Shown here in pieces: positions 50,747 through 60,746 of a stretch of DNA of 64,000 bases. The notes under the pieces are model-generated. The model saw nothing but the letters and a program-made list of their open reading frames with translations, ran no database searches and had not been told where the DNA came from. Source of the DNA: a virus. Positions within the stretch are counted from its first letter, which is position 1. The number at the start of each line of letters is the position of its first letter. The stretch is taken from positions 1 to 64,000 of the IMG/VR virus record IMGVR_UViG_3300034093_001036; one strand, 5' to 3'. The translations under genes and the position numbers were made by a program.

Positions 50747-52780
50747 CTACTTGTTTATTTTAATTTCGCAATAATCTGTTGTGCAATACATCTCTCCCTG
50801 AGCCTCAAGATTTTCTGCTCCATCATAAATTGCAGCAAAATCAATGTGCTTTAACTTGCCAATATATGACTCGTATTGCTCTTCAGTAATACCTGTGTAG
50901 GGTTGCTGTGGATAAACTGTATTTCCCATTGGAAGGAATGAGACAGCCTTTAATTGTCCTTCGTACATATTGAGTGCTGGAACAATATGCTTTGACTCTG
51001 TTTCCTTGTCAAATGAAAGTGTTACAGAAACGCCATTGTCAGACCAATACTTTTGAGCAGTTGCAGCAAGTGCAATCTTTTCAAATAGTGTTACATCTTT
51101 TTCAGATCTTGGATGACCTGATTTAATTGGGAAGTAAACTACTGATGTGTTTGCTGATACAACATCGTCTTCAACTGTATACCCTGCTGCTTTAAACAAA
51201 TGCATCATTGGATCTGTGTTTCCAAAACGAACGGCACGAAGGAAGAACTCTCCTCCAGGACCCCAGTGAACTCCAGGAGTTGCACCAGAAAGAATTGAAA
51301 CTGATCCTGATGGCTTAACTGTTGTTACACGAATTGATTCACGAACACATAACCATTCAGAGTACTGATGATCATAATGACGAATCTTGTTGTATCCTTC
51401 ATCCATCCACTCACGAACCGTTGGCAAACCCTTTTGATCTGCAAATGATGCAATACCAGTAAGTGATGTGCCAATACGACGGTTGCGTTGCATGATACCG
51501 TTTGTTTGTGGCCAATGTGTTGGAACAAGTGTTACAGTCTTTCCATAAAGGTATGCAAACTTCAGGGTACGCAGGAAGTCTTCCTTAGATTCATGACGAT
51601 TCAAGTGCACTTCTACAAGTGTACATAATTCGTATGACTCTAATGGCTGCTCCGCACAGGGATTAAAGCCCATCACACGATAGTCTTTTCCATCTGGCGC
51701 ATCCTTTAGTCTGCCATAGTTACGAGCAACATCAAGCCAGATAAAACCTGGCTCTCCATTTTCTGTAACTAAATCTACATAGTCTTCGTACTTTGTTCCT
51801 ACTTCTGCTGAAATAGAATTATTAGACATCCAAGCCCAACCTGGATTCTCTGGATCAAATGAGTTACGCTCTGGGAATAACTCTGAGTTCTTTAGATTCA
51901 TAAATGTTTCATCCCCTGCATTACCCAAAGCAAGGGTTGCTGATCTACGAACATTGCCTGATACCACACAGGTACCAATAAGATTTACAAGGTCTACGAT
52001 AGCACGAGAGTCTAGTGTTTCACCTGCTCTGGAGCCTATTACACGGTCTATATGGTCATGCAACTTGATAAGGGGTGCAGGACCTGATGCAACGCCTCCA
52101 AAGCCCTTAATAGGGGCTCCAAGAGGTCTTATCAAATCATAGTTAAATTTTTGAATGCTTTGGTTTGCTCTTAGATATGAGTTGATAAGAAGTCTAACTG
52201 ACTCTACCCATCCCTCACGAGTGTCTGGGATTTCGAACACCTGTTCTGGTTCTGTTGGGGCATAGATTGCAAAATGCTTATCCTGTCCCACTGTATCAAA
52301 CCCTACACCAATACCAAGCATAAGGGCATCCATAACCCAAGCAAACAGGGCTCCTGGATCATTCTTGTCAAGGTCCTTTGTAGAAACCATTGCACAATTC
52401 TGTAGTGCTGCCGAGTTCTTTTTTTCCATTACCATTGGAGTTCCAAAAGCCCACATACCTCGTCCTGGTGGTGTCCACTTTAATTCAAACATTCTTTGGA
52501 ATGCTTCTTGTGCAGACTTCTGAGCCTTATAATCATTCCATGGTAGACGGTTTTCTTTAGCATGATTCTTTTGAACTGAATACATACCCTCGATTACTCG
52601 ACGACAAACTTCGTGCCAACGCTCTTTAGTTCCATCCTCCTTCATACGAGAATAAGTACGGATAAATGTAATCTCTCCTAAAGAGTTTTCTGCTGCATCC
52701 TTAAAACCAAAAGGGCTTGGAGCAGAAACATATTTACCTATAAAATCTTCTGGAAGTCTAAAACTAAAAAAATCTGACAT
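50747..52780 (-). CDS. nrdJ: Class II (B12-dependent) ribonucleotide reductase
   Basis: RTYSR, PPGRGMW, ALQNC, GNVRRSA, NPCAEQ, TTVKPSGS, C-terminal CTTDYC. No beta subunit nearby. Confidence 0.95.
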   Translation of the reverse strand: MSDFFSFRLPEDFIGKYVSAPSPFGFKDAAENSLGEITFIRTYSRMKEDGTKERWHEVCRRVIEGMYSVQKNHAKENRLPWNDYKAQKSAQEAFQRMFELKWTPPGRGMWAFGTPMVMEKKNSAALQNCAMVSTKDLDKNDPGALFAWVMDALMLGIGVGFDTVGQDKHFAIYAPTEPEQVFEIPDTREGWVESVRLLINSYLRANQSIQKFNYDLIRPLGAPIKGFGGVASGPAPLIKLHDHIDRVIGSRAGETLDSRAIVDLVNLIGTCVVSGNVRRSATLALGNAGDETFMNLKNSELFPERNSFDPENPGWAWMSNNSISAEVGTKYEDYVDLVTENGEPGFIWLDVARNYGRLKDAPDGKDYRVMGFNPCAEQPLESYELCTLVEVHLNRHESKEDFLRTLKFAYLYGKTVTLVPTHWPQTNGIMQRNRRIGTSLTGIASFADQKGLPTVREWMDEGYNKIRHYDHQYSEWLCVRESIRVTTVKPSGSVSILSGATPGVHWGPGGEFFLRAVRFGNTDPMMHLFKAAGYTVEDDVVSANTSVVYFPIKSGHPRSEKDVTLFEKIALAATAQKYWSDNGVSVTLSFDKETESKHIVPALNMYEGQLKAVSFLPMGNTVYPQQPYTGITEEQYESYIGKLKHIDFAAIYDGAENLEAQGEMYCTTDYCEIKINK

Positions 52781-52883
52781 GTGTATCGTCCTTTCAAAAA
52801 CGGAATAGTCCTAAGTATAGCAGAGTTTTATGAAAAGCAAAACTCTCTATCTTATGTATAAGTTGATATTTAAAAATCTATGG

Positions 52884-53654
52884 TTAAGACGTTAACTTTT
52901 TCCACTCTTCTTTTTGAATGGCTTGCTCAATTCTTACTTGTTTTTCTTCTTCTTTCCACTTATCAATAGTTTCTTGACTATATTCAATTTCAAAATAATC
53001 CCAAAAAGAAACCATAGTATATCTTGTGCCTTCTAATATTTTACTAACACCATGCACATTTTCTATTCCTCCAGGAAATACATAGTAAGAGTATGCATTT
53101 GGTTTAAAGGATAAATAGATGTCCCACTTTTCTCCTTCTGAATTTATTTCAAAGTCTTCTTTTTCTTTACAAAAGAAAAGATCTCCACCTTCATAGTCGT
53201 TATTAAGATATAGAATACCCACATACTTATTTATTTCAAAAGCGTTTGGGACCCCGTCATTATCTGAGTTGTCAGAATGAGGAGAAGCAAAACCGCCAAC
53301 ATCCCACTTCTGTGCATGAGATGTATTGGCTCTAACTTTTCTTTCAAAAACCAGTTCAACTGCTTCTTTAAACTTTTCTCTAAGGTCATCAAAAAATGTT
53401 AGCGTTAGACCATGTTCTTCAAGTCCTGGATCGTTTGCCATTAATCCCATACCTAGAGATCCATAAAACGCTATGTCTCCCCAGTTTTCTCCTTTTGACT
53501 CTACATAATTAATTAGACATTGGCTTGTTTTTTCATCTATAAAATTAGGAATTTCAACAATTCTGTTGTGAGTTATACCTAAAACACCCTTATTATTTAA
53601 TTCATCTTTTAAATATTTAAAGTTATCTTTATTAAGTTGATTAATGATAGTCAT
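52884..53654 (-). CDS. 2OG-Fe(II) oxygenase, prolyl-4-hydroxylase-like
   Basis: HSD...YLNNDYEGG...HGV...RY. Confidence 0.9.
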   Translation of the reverse strand: MTIINQLNKDNFKYLKDELNNKGVLGITHNRIVEIPNFIDEKTSQCLINYVESKGENWGDIAFYGSLGMGLMANDPGLEEHGLTLTFFDDLREKFKEAVELVFERKVRANTSHAQKWDVGGFASPHSDNSDNDGVPNAFEINKYVGILYLNNDYEGGDLFFCKEKEDFEINSEGEKWDIYLSFKPNAYSYYVFPGGIENVHGVSKILEGTRYTMVSFWDYFEIEYSQETIDKWKEEEKQVRIEQAIQKEEWKKLTS

Positions 53655-54453
53655 TTTTTATGTAAACCCCGCTGCTTCTTTCAATGTTCATTCTGTCTTT
53701 TTCCATTTGCATCCATGTATCTGGTCCATATTTTTTTTGATTCTCAATCCAAGCATCTGATGCTTGTTCATCTACATACCAAAAAGATCTAACAAAATAC
53801 TTTTCTCCTTCAGTAGTTTCTCTTACTCCATGCCAGTACGGTGGCCTTGACGGAAAGATAATTACATCTCCTTCTTCTGGCTTATAAGTAATTCTTGTAA
53901 AAGAATCTTTATTGGAAAATACTTTAAATTCAATTTCTCCGCCATTATAGTTACTATTTAAATACATATTGCAAGTCAGGGCTTGTTTTTCTCCTGGACC
54001 CTCTGCATCTTCTTGTGGATAGTCTGTATGAAAAGACATAGAATATCTTGAATTGTTGTTTTCAATATGTGGAGAGTCACTTTCAGCCTTTGTAGAATCT
54101 TTTGAATTATAGTATTTGCATATGTCAGCCTTTAAAAATACTAAGTCCTCTAAGGATAGACCCGTTGTATCAACATAATGCTTTGTTGTTTTATAAAAAA
54201 CATCAAGTATATCCTTGTGTTGATCTGATACAAGAAAAGATTCTATGTATAAAGACCATTCTTGATCTGAAGGAAAAGATTTAGATCGATAAAAATTGTT
54301 ATTGAAAATTTTATAAATATCCCCAAAGTCATACCACTTTTCCCAAGTTGCGGAATCTAGAGAATCCAGAAGGCCACGCAAATCTTTAAATGGGTTCTTA
54401 TATACAAAAATGTTTTGGTCTATTTTATTAAAATTAATATTTTTAATTGTCAC
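53641..54453 (-). CDS. 2OG-Fe(II) oxygenase, P4H-like
   Basis: HTD...YLNSNYNGG...HGV...KY. Confidence 0.9.
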   Translation of the reverse strand: MTIKNINFNKIDQNIFVYKNPFKDLRGLLDSLDSATWEKWYDFGDIYKIFNNNFYRSKSFPSDQEWSLYIESFLVSDQHKDILDVFYKTTKHYVDTTGLSLEDLVFLKADICKYYNSKDSTKAESDSPHIENNNSRYSMSFHTDYPQEDAEGPGEKQALTCNMYLNSNYNGGEIEFKVFSNKDSFTRITYKPEEGDVIIFPSRPPYWHGVRETTEGEKYFVRSFWYVDEQASDAWIENQKKYGPDTWMQMEKDRMNIERSSGVYIKNDYH

Positions 54454-55286
54454 ATTGCTACCTTAGATTCATCTATACCCTTTTTAATATTTGGCTTTTT
54501 GAAATCGTGATACCTGTCACCTCTATCAATTCTTTCTTTTTCCATCTTTGCCCATTCTTCAACACCAAATTTTTCTTGATTATCGTGCCACTCTTTTGTT
54601 CCAGCAAATGGAATTTGATAAAAGCATCTAATAAGATATTTGTCAATATTTCTAATTCTTTTAACACCGTGAAGGTATCTTCCCTCTTGAGATAATAAAT
54701 CTGGATGGCCTGAAGGAAAAACCAAAACATCTCCAGCCTCTGGTTTATAATCTATAACCGTTTTATTCCCAGTTAAAAATGTTATACCTCCATCGCCATA
54801 GTCATCATTCAAATACATTGTGCATGTTAATGCAAATTGTGCTCCTGGGCAATCTGTTTCAAGGGCTTTATAGTCTGAGTGATGGATCATTTCTAAAGAA
54901 TCTTTATCGCTATTTGGATCATTGTCATGAGTATATTTTGAAATTGATGGGCCCATAATAATCCAGTCCTCTCCTATTTTAAGATTATGGGCAGACATAA
55001 AATTTTCGGTTGCATAACCAAATGCATGCTGTATTGTTTCTAATGCCTCAACCTCTTCTAAATATAGTGTGTTATTAATATTAGGATCATCTTCATTTAG
55101 AAAATTACCAATGACATATACATAGTGTCCAAACCTACTCCATGGTTGCCAATCGTCAAATAAAAAACTAGTTCCTTTGTTTAATTCAGACTGCTTAAAT
55201 AATTCTACAATCCTTTTATTGTTTGGAATTAACCCTTTGTAAACATAAATGTTTTCATCTAATTGTTTAACTGTAATATTATTCAT
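54450..55286 (-). CDS. 2OG-Fe(II) oxygenase, P4H-like
   Basis: HSD...YLNDDYGDGG...HGV...KY. Confidence 0.9.
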   Translation of the reverse strand: MNNITVKQLDENIYVYKGLIPNNKRIVELFKQSELNKGTSFLFDDWQPWSRFGHYVYVIGNFLNEDDPNINNTLYLEEVEALETIQHAFGYATENFMSAHNLKIGEDWIIMGPSISKYTHDNDPNSDKDSLEMIHHSDYKALETDCPGAQFALTCTMYLNDDYGDGGITFLTGNKTVIDYKPEAGDVLVFPSGHPDLLSQEGRYLHGVKRIRNIDKYLIRCFYQIPFAGTKEWHDNQEKFGVEEWAKMEKERIDRGDRYHDFKKPNIKKGIDESKVAM

Positions 55287-55325
55287 TTTTTGTCCCCCAT
55301 TGGATTATCTTTAAACATATAATTA

Positions 55326-55880
55326 TTATACCACCTTGTCTCCAAATAAAATTGCAAAACCAAATCTAGGGGTTATGGGTTCAACATAGTGGTAAGTTCC
55401 ACCAGGTATATACAATAGATCTCCTTCTTCTAATATAACATCCATAAAAGGTTGATCATTTTCAACAGAATCATAAAGTCTCCAACGTGTTTTACCTTTA
55501 CATTGCCAATGTATATTGTTTTCCCTGTCTTCATGTTTGCCAATAACTTGTCCGCTATCTTCAAGTTTAAGTGAACCAAATAACTGACATGTTACAACCT
55601 TTAAATCTTTAAAACAAGGATAAAATCTAGAATGAACTTCTTTTACAAATAAATTTACTGAACTTATAATCTGTGCCTCATCATAAAATAATGCGTATGG
55701 ATTAGGCAAAATCTTTTTACCAGTTTTTTTGTGCTCATAATCATTTACAAACTGAAGCACTTCATCCCAGGTAACTTCAGGCATTGATATTTTTGGAAAA
55801 AGAGTTGCTACTTTATTATTATAAGCATTTAAAAAATTATCTTGATCTAAAAAATTAAAATCAAAACTTTTATTTTTCAT
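55326..55880 (-). CDS. JmjC/cupin-4 2OG oxygenase
   Basis: HED...QCKGKTRWRLY...GDLLYIPGGTYHYV. Confidence 0.85.
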   Translation of the reverse strand: MKNKSFDFNFLDQDNFLNAYNNKVATLFPKISMPEVTWDEVLQFVNDYEHKKTGKKILPNPYALFYDEAQIISSVNLFVKEVHSRFYPCFKDLKVVTCQLFGSLKLEDSGQVIGKHEDRENNIHWQCKGKTRWRLYDSVENDQPFMDVILEEGDLLYIPGGTYHYVEPITPRFGFAILFGDKVV

Positions 55881-56551
55881 TTTGATTTTCCATGTGAACG
55901 AATTGTAAAGAAAAAAGGAATAACATATCTAATTCCTTTTTTAATTTCTCTTACTCCGTGAATATAATTTAAATCTCCAGGGAAGAAATATGCAGAACCC
56001 GCTTTTGGCTTAAACTCAATTCCTTGATTTGGGAAATATAACTCTCCACCTTCATAGTCATCATTAAGATAAAAAAGACCTGCAATATCATACCAAGGAA
56101 AATCATTTGGCTTTCCTACATTGTCTCCTTCGTGCAACTCTTTATCTGCATGTGGGTTTTGTAGTTGTCCTGGAAGCCATCTAACAATTGCTGTTGCTGT
56201 GGGCCAGGCGTCAATATTAAAAAAATCATTTACTTCTTCTGTAAGCCTGTCTTGAAGGCTTTTAATTACTGGGTTTATATTTTTATTATTTTGATCTAAT
56301 CTATCTCCAGTGCAGACTCTGTCATCCCAATATTTAGAATCATAAATAACAGTTCCTTCTTCGTTATAGTGAGTTTCAGTAATATCCCAAATTGTAATAT
56401 TTTTTGCTGATTCTGATAAAAAAGATAGTTCTTCGTCGGTCATAAAATTGTTTCGTGCTTGGATCATATCTGCACTTTTACCAAAAAATCCAGAGGGAGT
56501 TATTGAAAATCTATCTTTATCTTGGTGATTAGAGTACTCTATTTTTTTCAT
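55877..56551 (-). CDS. 2OG-Fe(II) oxygenase, P4H-like
   Basis: HAD...YLNDDYEGG...HGV...RY. Confidence 0.9.
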   Translation of the reverse strand: MKKIEYSNHQDKDRFSITPSGFFGKSADMIQARNNFMTDEELSFLSESAKNITIWDITETHYNEEGTVIYDSKYWDDRVCTGDRLDQNNKNINPVIKSLQDRLTEEVNDFFNIDAWPTATAIVRWLPGQLQNPHADKELHEGDNVGKPNDFPWYDIAGLFYLNDDYEGGELYFPNQGIEFKPKAGSAYFFPGDLNYIHGVREIKKGIRYVIPFFFTIRSHGKSK

Positions 56552-56571
56552 ACAGTTAGTATATCATCTTT

Positions 56572-57306
56572 CTATTCATATTTGCGCTGCTCCCAGATTT
56601 CATTTTTATATATTCCGCCATTTGGTTTTCTATAAATTTGATAATTTTCTATTGATTGCTTCATTAGTTCAACTGCATTATCTTGTTCTATTATTTCAGA
56701 AGTCCAGGATTCTCTTTTAAATGGCAGAAGTTGAGCATACGCTGTTCCTTCTGGAATAATTCCCTCAAAACCCTCACAAATAAAAAATGGAAAAGATCCA
56801 GGCATATGAACTTTGTCGTTATCCACAATTCCACTAGTTAGCAAAAATGGTAACTCAAATCTGTTAAATGGCTGAGTATACAATACGCTATATCCTGGAG
56901 GAGTTTTTATTTGCCAATCTGGAGTTATTGCAAAATGATTTTTGTAATACCCGCGGGGGTGTTCAAACTGTGGCATTTCTGATCTTTCTTCAATTAAGTT
57001 TTTATATTTTACATTTAAAACTTTATGTTTTAGTCCAGAATCAGTCATGTAGAATTCAATATCGCAAGGAAGATTAAGAGAATATCCAGAACCCATAATA
57101 TCAAAAATTGCAGGACAGGCCTTCCATGTAGGAACTTTTCCACCATCCTCTCCTATATAAAAAGAATTGTCTGTTGGTAATTTTGCAAACCTATCTGCTT
57201 TTCTAAACCATTCAGGAATTGTTCTTATAATTGGAGTTGGTGCTGACTTGCTTTCTTTTGAAAGCCAAATTTTATTTGCAATAAAAGATATTTTTTCTGT
57301 ATTCAT
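56572..57306 (-). CDS. DUF6065-like (dUTPase-like fold) protein
   Basis: TWKACP, TPPGYS, SGIVDND, IPEGTAYAQLLPFKRE. Confidence 0.55.
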   Translation of the reverse strand: MNTEKISFIANKIWLSKESKSAPTPIIRTIPEWFRKADRFAKLPTDNSFYIGEDGGKVPTWKACPAIFDIMGSGYSLNLPCDIEFYMTDSGLKHKVLNVKYKNLIEERSEMPQFEHPRGYYKNHFAITPDWQIKTPPGYSVLYTQPFNRFELPFLLTSGIVDNDKVHMPGSFPFFICEGFEGIIPEGTAYAQLLPFKRESWTSEIIEQDNAVELMKQSIENYQIYRKPNGGIYKNEIWEQRKYE

Positions 57307-58016
57307 TACTTGTCACTTTGATATTTATTAATTGAAAGTTTTAAGGATTTTACTTCGTGCTCTCCAAGGCTATTTCCTAAATGGTCAACAGCATCTCTAT
57401 AAAAGTTTGTCCATTGTCCAGACTGAGTTATTTCTCCAGAGGCTTTTCCATATTCAGAAAGATTCTTTTCAAAATCTTGATCTTTTACATAGTCGTACAG
57501 ATTTACTTCTGTTGCTTGGAGTTTTTTTAAACTAATTGGCATAATACAAACAATTGGTGTTCCTGCTGGTATTGTTATTACTTCATTTGCCCTTGTTATT
57601 TTCCATGCATATGGAAGTGGAGCAAGATGGACAACTGGACTAATTACACTTGAGAATCCTTGAACACCATCAATAAATTGATTTGGAACTGGAAGGAGCA
57701 GTAGACTAATCTCATCAGTACTTTTAAAATATAAACCACTATTAAAACTTATAGTTCCGTTAGCCCTGTTTGCATGAACATACTTTTCTCCAGAAAGAAT
57801 TTCAAGGTCTTCAGATCTAGAGTTTGGATCTGTTCCTTTCCAAATAAAAGAAATGTCTTCTGGAAAAGAAAATGTCCATCCTGTTGTGTTTGCCAACGAT
57901 ACTGGGAAGCAATGATAGGCGTGTTTGTCAAAAGTTTCATCCATCCAGTTTCTTCTAACTTTTAAAGTATCAAAAGTTACATCAGAATGTGGTGTTTGAT
58001 AAACATCTATAGACAT
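57306..58016 (-). CDS. DUF6065 family protein
   Basis: RNWMDET...HAYHCFPVSLANTTGW, IPAGTPIVCIMP. Confidence 0.7.
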   Translation of the reverse strand: MSIDVYQTPHSDVTFDTLKVRRNWMDETFDKHAYHCFPVSLANTTGWTFSFPEDISFIWKGTDPNSRSEDLEILSGEKYVHANRANGTISFNSGLYFKSTDEISLLLLPVPNQFIDGVQGFSSVISPVVHLAPLPYAWKITRANEVITIPAGTPIVCIMPISLKKLQATEVNLYDYVKDQDFEKNLSEYGKASGEITQSGQWTNFYRDAVDHLGNSLGEHEVKSLKLSINKYQSDK

Positions 58017-58017
58017 G

Positions 58018-58704
58018 TTAGTTTCCTGTTTCTAAAAACATCTCTGGTCCATGGAATTTTGCGCTGTAGTCTAGCATTGTTACAATTGAATATTTAGTTC
58101 CGCTAGTAACTGGCATTGCTCTATGAGAATACATATATGTTGATGGGAAAATATACAAATCTCCAGCACGTGGTTTTACTAATAAATCTTGGTGTTGAAA
58201 ATGTAAACCACCGTCGACGTAGTCGTCATTTGGGTATGCAACCAAAGACACTGTACAGTTATAAGAAAATCCATGATCATGATGATATTGGAAATGCTGA
58301 CCCTCATGGTATCTAATAAAATTCATTGCTTCCCAAAACCTTAGTTCTGCAATATTAAACATTTTACGATAGTGCTCAACTGCTGGACTTTTTCTATCGT
58401 AGCAGTCTTGCCAAAGTTGTTGAAGCGCTAAAGATGCTTCTCCTGGTCTTTGTGCCATATCTTTCTTTGTAAACTTAAAGTCAACACAATCTCTATATTC
58501 TGGCATGCTTTCTTGATAGCCAACAAACGCTTCCATCCAGTGAAATGGGTTGCTTTGGTCTTCAAGAACAGACTCTAATCTGTTAATAATATCCAGTTCT
58601 TTAGGTAAAACATCTCTATAGACAAAAATTCCACTCCCTAGATCTTCAAAAGACGACCAGGTTTGCTCTATAGGGGTTGTCTCAGTTTGAACATGTTTTT
58701 GCAT
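58018..58704 (-). CDS. 2OG-Fe(II) oxygenase, P4H-like
   Basis: HHD...YPNDDYVDGG...HRA...KY. Confidence 0.9.
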   Translation of the reverse strand: MQKHVQTETTPIEQTWSSFEDLGSGIFVYRDVLPKELDIINRLESVLEDQSNPFHWMEAFVGYQESMPEYRDCVDFKFTKKDMAQRPGEASLALQQLWQDCYDRKSPAVEHYRKMFNIAELRFWEAMNFIRYHEGQHFQYHHDHGFSYNCTVSLVAYPNDDYVDGGLHFQHQDLLVKPRAGDLYIFPSTYMYSHRAMPVTSGTKYSIVTMLDYSAKFHGPEMFLETGN

Positions 58705-58739
58705 TTTTTCCTGCTTTCTACTATGTATATATTATAGCA

Positions 58740-59444
58740 CTAGTTATTCTTATGATGTAAATCGTTATAGTCTGTCATAATTACAACAGAATACTTTATA
58801 CCCTGCAATAATTCACAAGAGGCATGCTCATAAACAAAATTTGATGGGAAAAGAACAATGTCTCCAGCCTGGGGCTTAATCTTTAATTCTTGTCTTGGAA
58901 ACTCTAATTCTCCACCAACATAGTCATCATTAAGATATAGTATTGCAGATATTGTACATGCATAGAATGGGCCATGGTCACCATGAAGTTTAAAATATTT
59001 CCCAGGTAGATACTTAACAAAATTAAAGGCTTCTTTGTATTTCATCTGAAGATGCCATAAAGACTCATAATCATTTAGGCAGACATCTAATGCGTCTTCT
59101 ACCTCTTTGTGTATGTCAAACATGTCTTGATTAAAAGATATCCCAGACTTTCCAAGCATATCTCTTTTATATTTTATATCAATGCAGTTCCTAACATAAT
59201 CTAAATTTTCTACATCATTAACCATTGCTGTAGACCAAGAAAGGTTACAGTCTGGATCGTTTGCTGAGTTTTCTAGTCTTTTAATTATACTATCACACTG
59301 GCTTCTATTTATGGCATTTTTATATACATTAATACCGTAGCCAATATTTAAAACCTCTATGTTATTTGACATTGATCTAGACTTTAGCCTACTGTCTGCT
59401 TTTTCTAATCTTGGTAAATCAAGCCACCCAAAGTTATTTGTCAT
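58740..59444 (-). CDS. 2OG-Fe(II) oxygenase, P4H-like
   Basis: HGD...YLNDDYVGG...HAS...KY. Confidence 0.9.
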   Translation of the reverse strand: MTNNFGWLDLPRLEKADSRLKSRSMSNNIEVLNIGYGINVYKNAINRSQCDSIIKRLENSANDPDCNLSWSTAMVNDVENLDYVRNCIDIKYKRDMLGKSGISFNQDMFDIHKEVEDALDVCLNDYESLWHLQMKYKEAFNFVKYLPGKYFKLHGDHGPFYACTISAILYLNDDYVGGELEFPRQELKIKPQAGDIVLFPSNFVYEHASCELLQGIKYSVVIMTDYNDLHHKNN

Positions 59445-59488
59445 TCTAATATTATAGCATATCTACATATTTATACAAAATATTAATT

Positions 59489-60166
59489 TTAAATTTGATA
59501 TATGTAAATTTCTGCAAAATCATAAATTGGATCTTTTTTAAGCAATTCTTTAAAAATATAATCATTTTCAAAATGAAAAACAAAAAAGGATTTAGATTTT
59601 GATAAAATTTCCCATTTATCTAATATTAATTTATTAAAAATTTCAGGCAGCAATGGGTAATAAAAATAATAAACACACTTTTCTTCTGAAAAATGATAAT
59701 CATTTATATCACTATTTATAAAATCAACTTCTTTATCTATTTCTATATTAATTGTTTTTAAATTATTTAAAGCAATATTGTTGAATTGATCGTCTATCTC
59801 TACACCTACATACTTCTTATACGGTGCATTTGAGATTAACTGATGTAAAATTGTTTTTCCCTTACCGCTACCTATATCTAAAAAGGTATACTCCTCAATT
59901 CCTTCAATATCTTTCATAAAATTATTCACCATGTCTAAAATTTTTAAAGGTGAGTTCTGTAAACCCATTGATCCTGGAAACCTATCATTATTATCAATAC
60001 TGCCTGGCACATATTCACCAGAACCATCTGAGGCTAAAGGAGTTGGATGCCAAGTGTCTACATTATATTTTTCATCAAAAAATTTGAATAATGAAGCGTC
60101 TTCTCTTCTAATTTTTTTTAATACATCTAAATTCTTTATTGTACTTTTGTCTACACCTTTATGCAT
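59489..60166 (-). CDS. Class I SAM-dependent methyltransferase
   Basis: FLDIGSGKG, GVEID, YFYYP. Confidence 0.85.
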   Translation of the reverse strand: MHKGVDKSTIKNLDVLKKIRREDASLFKFFDEKYNVDTWHPTPLASDGSGEYVPGSIDNNDRFPGSMGLQNSPLKILDMVNNFMKDIEGIEEYTFLDIGSGKGKTILHQLISNAPYKKYVGVEIDDQFNNIALNNLKTINIEIDKEVDFINSDINDYHFSEEKCVYYFYYPLLPEIFNKLILDKWEILSKSKSFFVFHFENDYIFKELLKKDPIYDFAEIYIYQI

Positions 60167-60746
60167 TTTTTGCTCCTAAATATTTGTTTGGCATGATATC
60201 AATTATAGCATGGATTCTGTCATGGTCACTATCGTTTATTACTGAGTGTGGAATAATATTATTAATCTCATACCAATTTCCAACCTCAAGATACTTTTTT
60301 TCTTCAAATACTTCAAATATGACTTTTGGATTTGTTATTAGTGGAATATGTATTCTTCTACCGAGTTGTAGCATTACCCCGCCATCAACGTGAGATTTTA
60401 TTCCAGAGCGCTTATTCATTTGAATTATCTCACTCCTAATAACTTTGCCATCGTACAAGTTTTCTAAATATTCATAAATAGCATTAAGGCTTTCATTAGA
60501 TTGTTTATTTTTAAAATAATTTATATCATAAGATGTATTGCCTTGTCCAATTTCCCAATGATAAGACATAAACCTTAGTTGAAACATTTTTGTATCTTTG
60601 TGCGTTGCCAACTTGTCTTGACGAGAAGTATCCAGTAGCCACTCATTTTCAAAAGAGTTAACTTCTTGAATTATTGAAGATAGATCAACTGGTAAAGATC
60701 CATATTGATAGTTCCAAGAAGTATTCTTATCTGGTAGTTTTAACAT
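60159..60746 (-). CDS. Aspartyl/asparaginyl beta-hydroxylase-family oxygenase
   Basis: SHVD, RIHIPLITN, HSVIN, RIHAIID. Confidence 0.85.
   Translation of the reverse strand: MLKLPDKNTSWNYQYGSLPVDLSSIIQEVNSFENEWLLDTSRQDKLATHKDTKMFQLRFMSYHWEIGQGNTSYDINYFKNKQSNESLNAIYEYLENLYDGKVIRSEIIQMNKRSGIKSHVDGGVMLQLGRRIHIPLITNPKVIFEVFEEKKYLEVGNWYEINNIIPHSVINDSDHDRIHAIIDIMPNKYLGAKNA

Noticed and set aside
52781-52883. Cobalamin riboswitch or NrdR box upstream of nrdJ
   Set aside because: The leader after the promoter is only ~30 nt, and no recognisable B12 box or NrdR palindrome is present.
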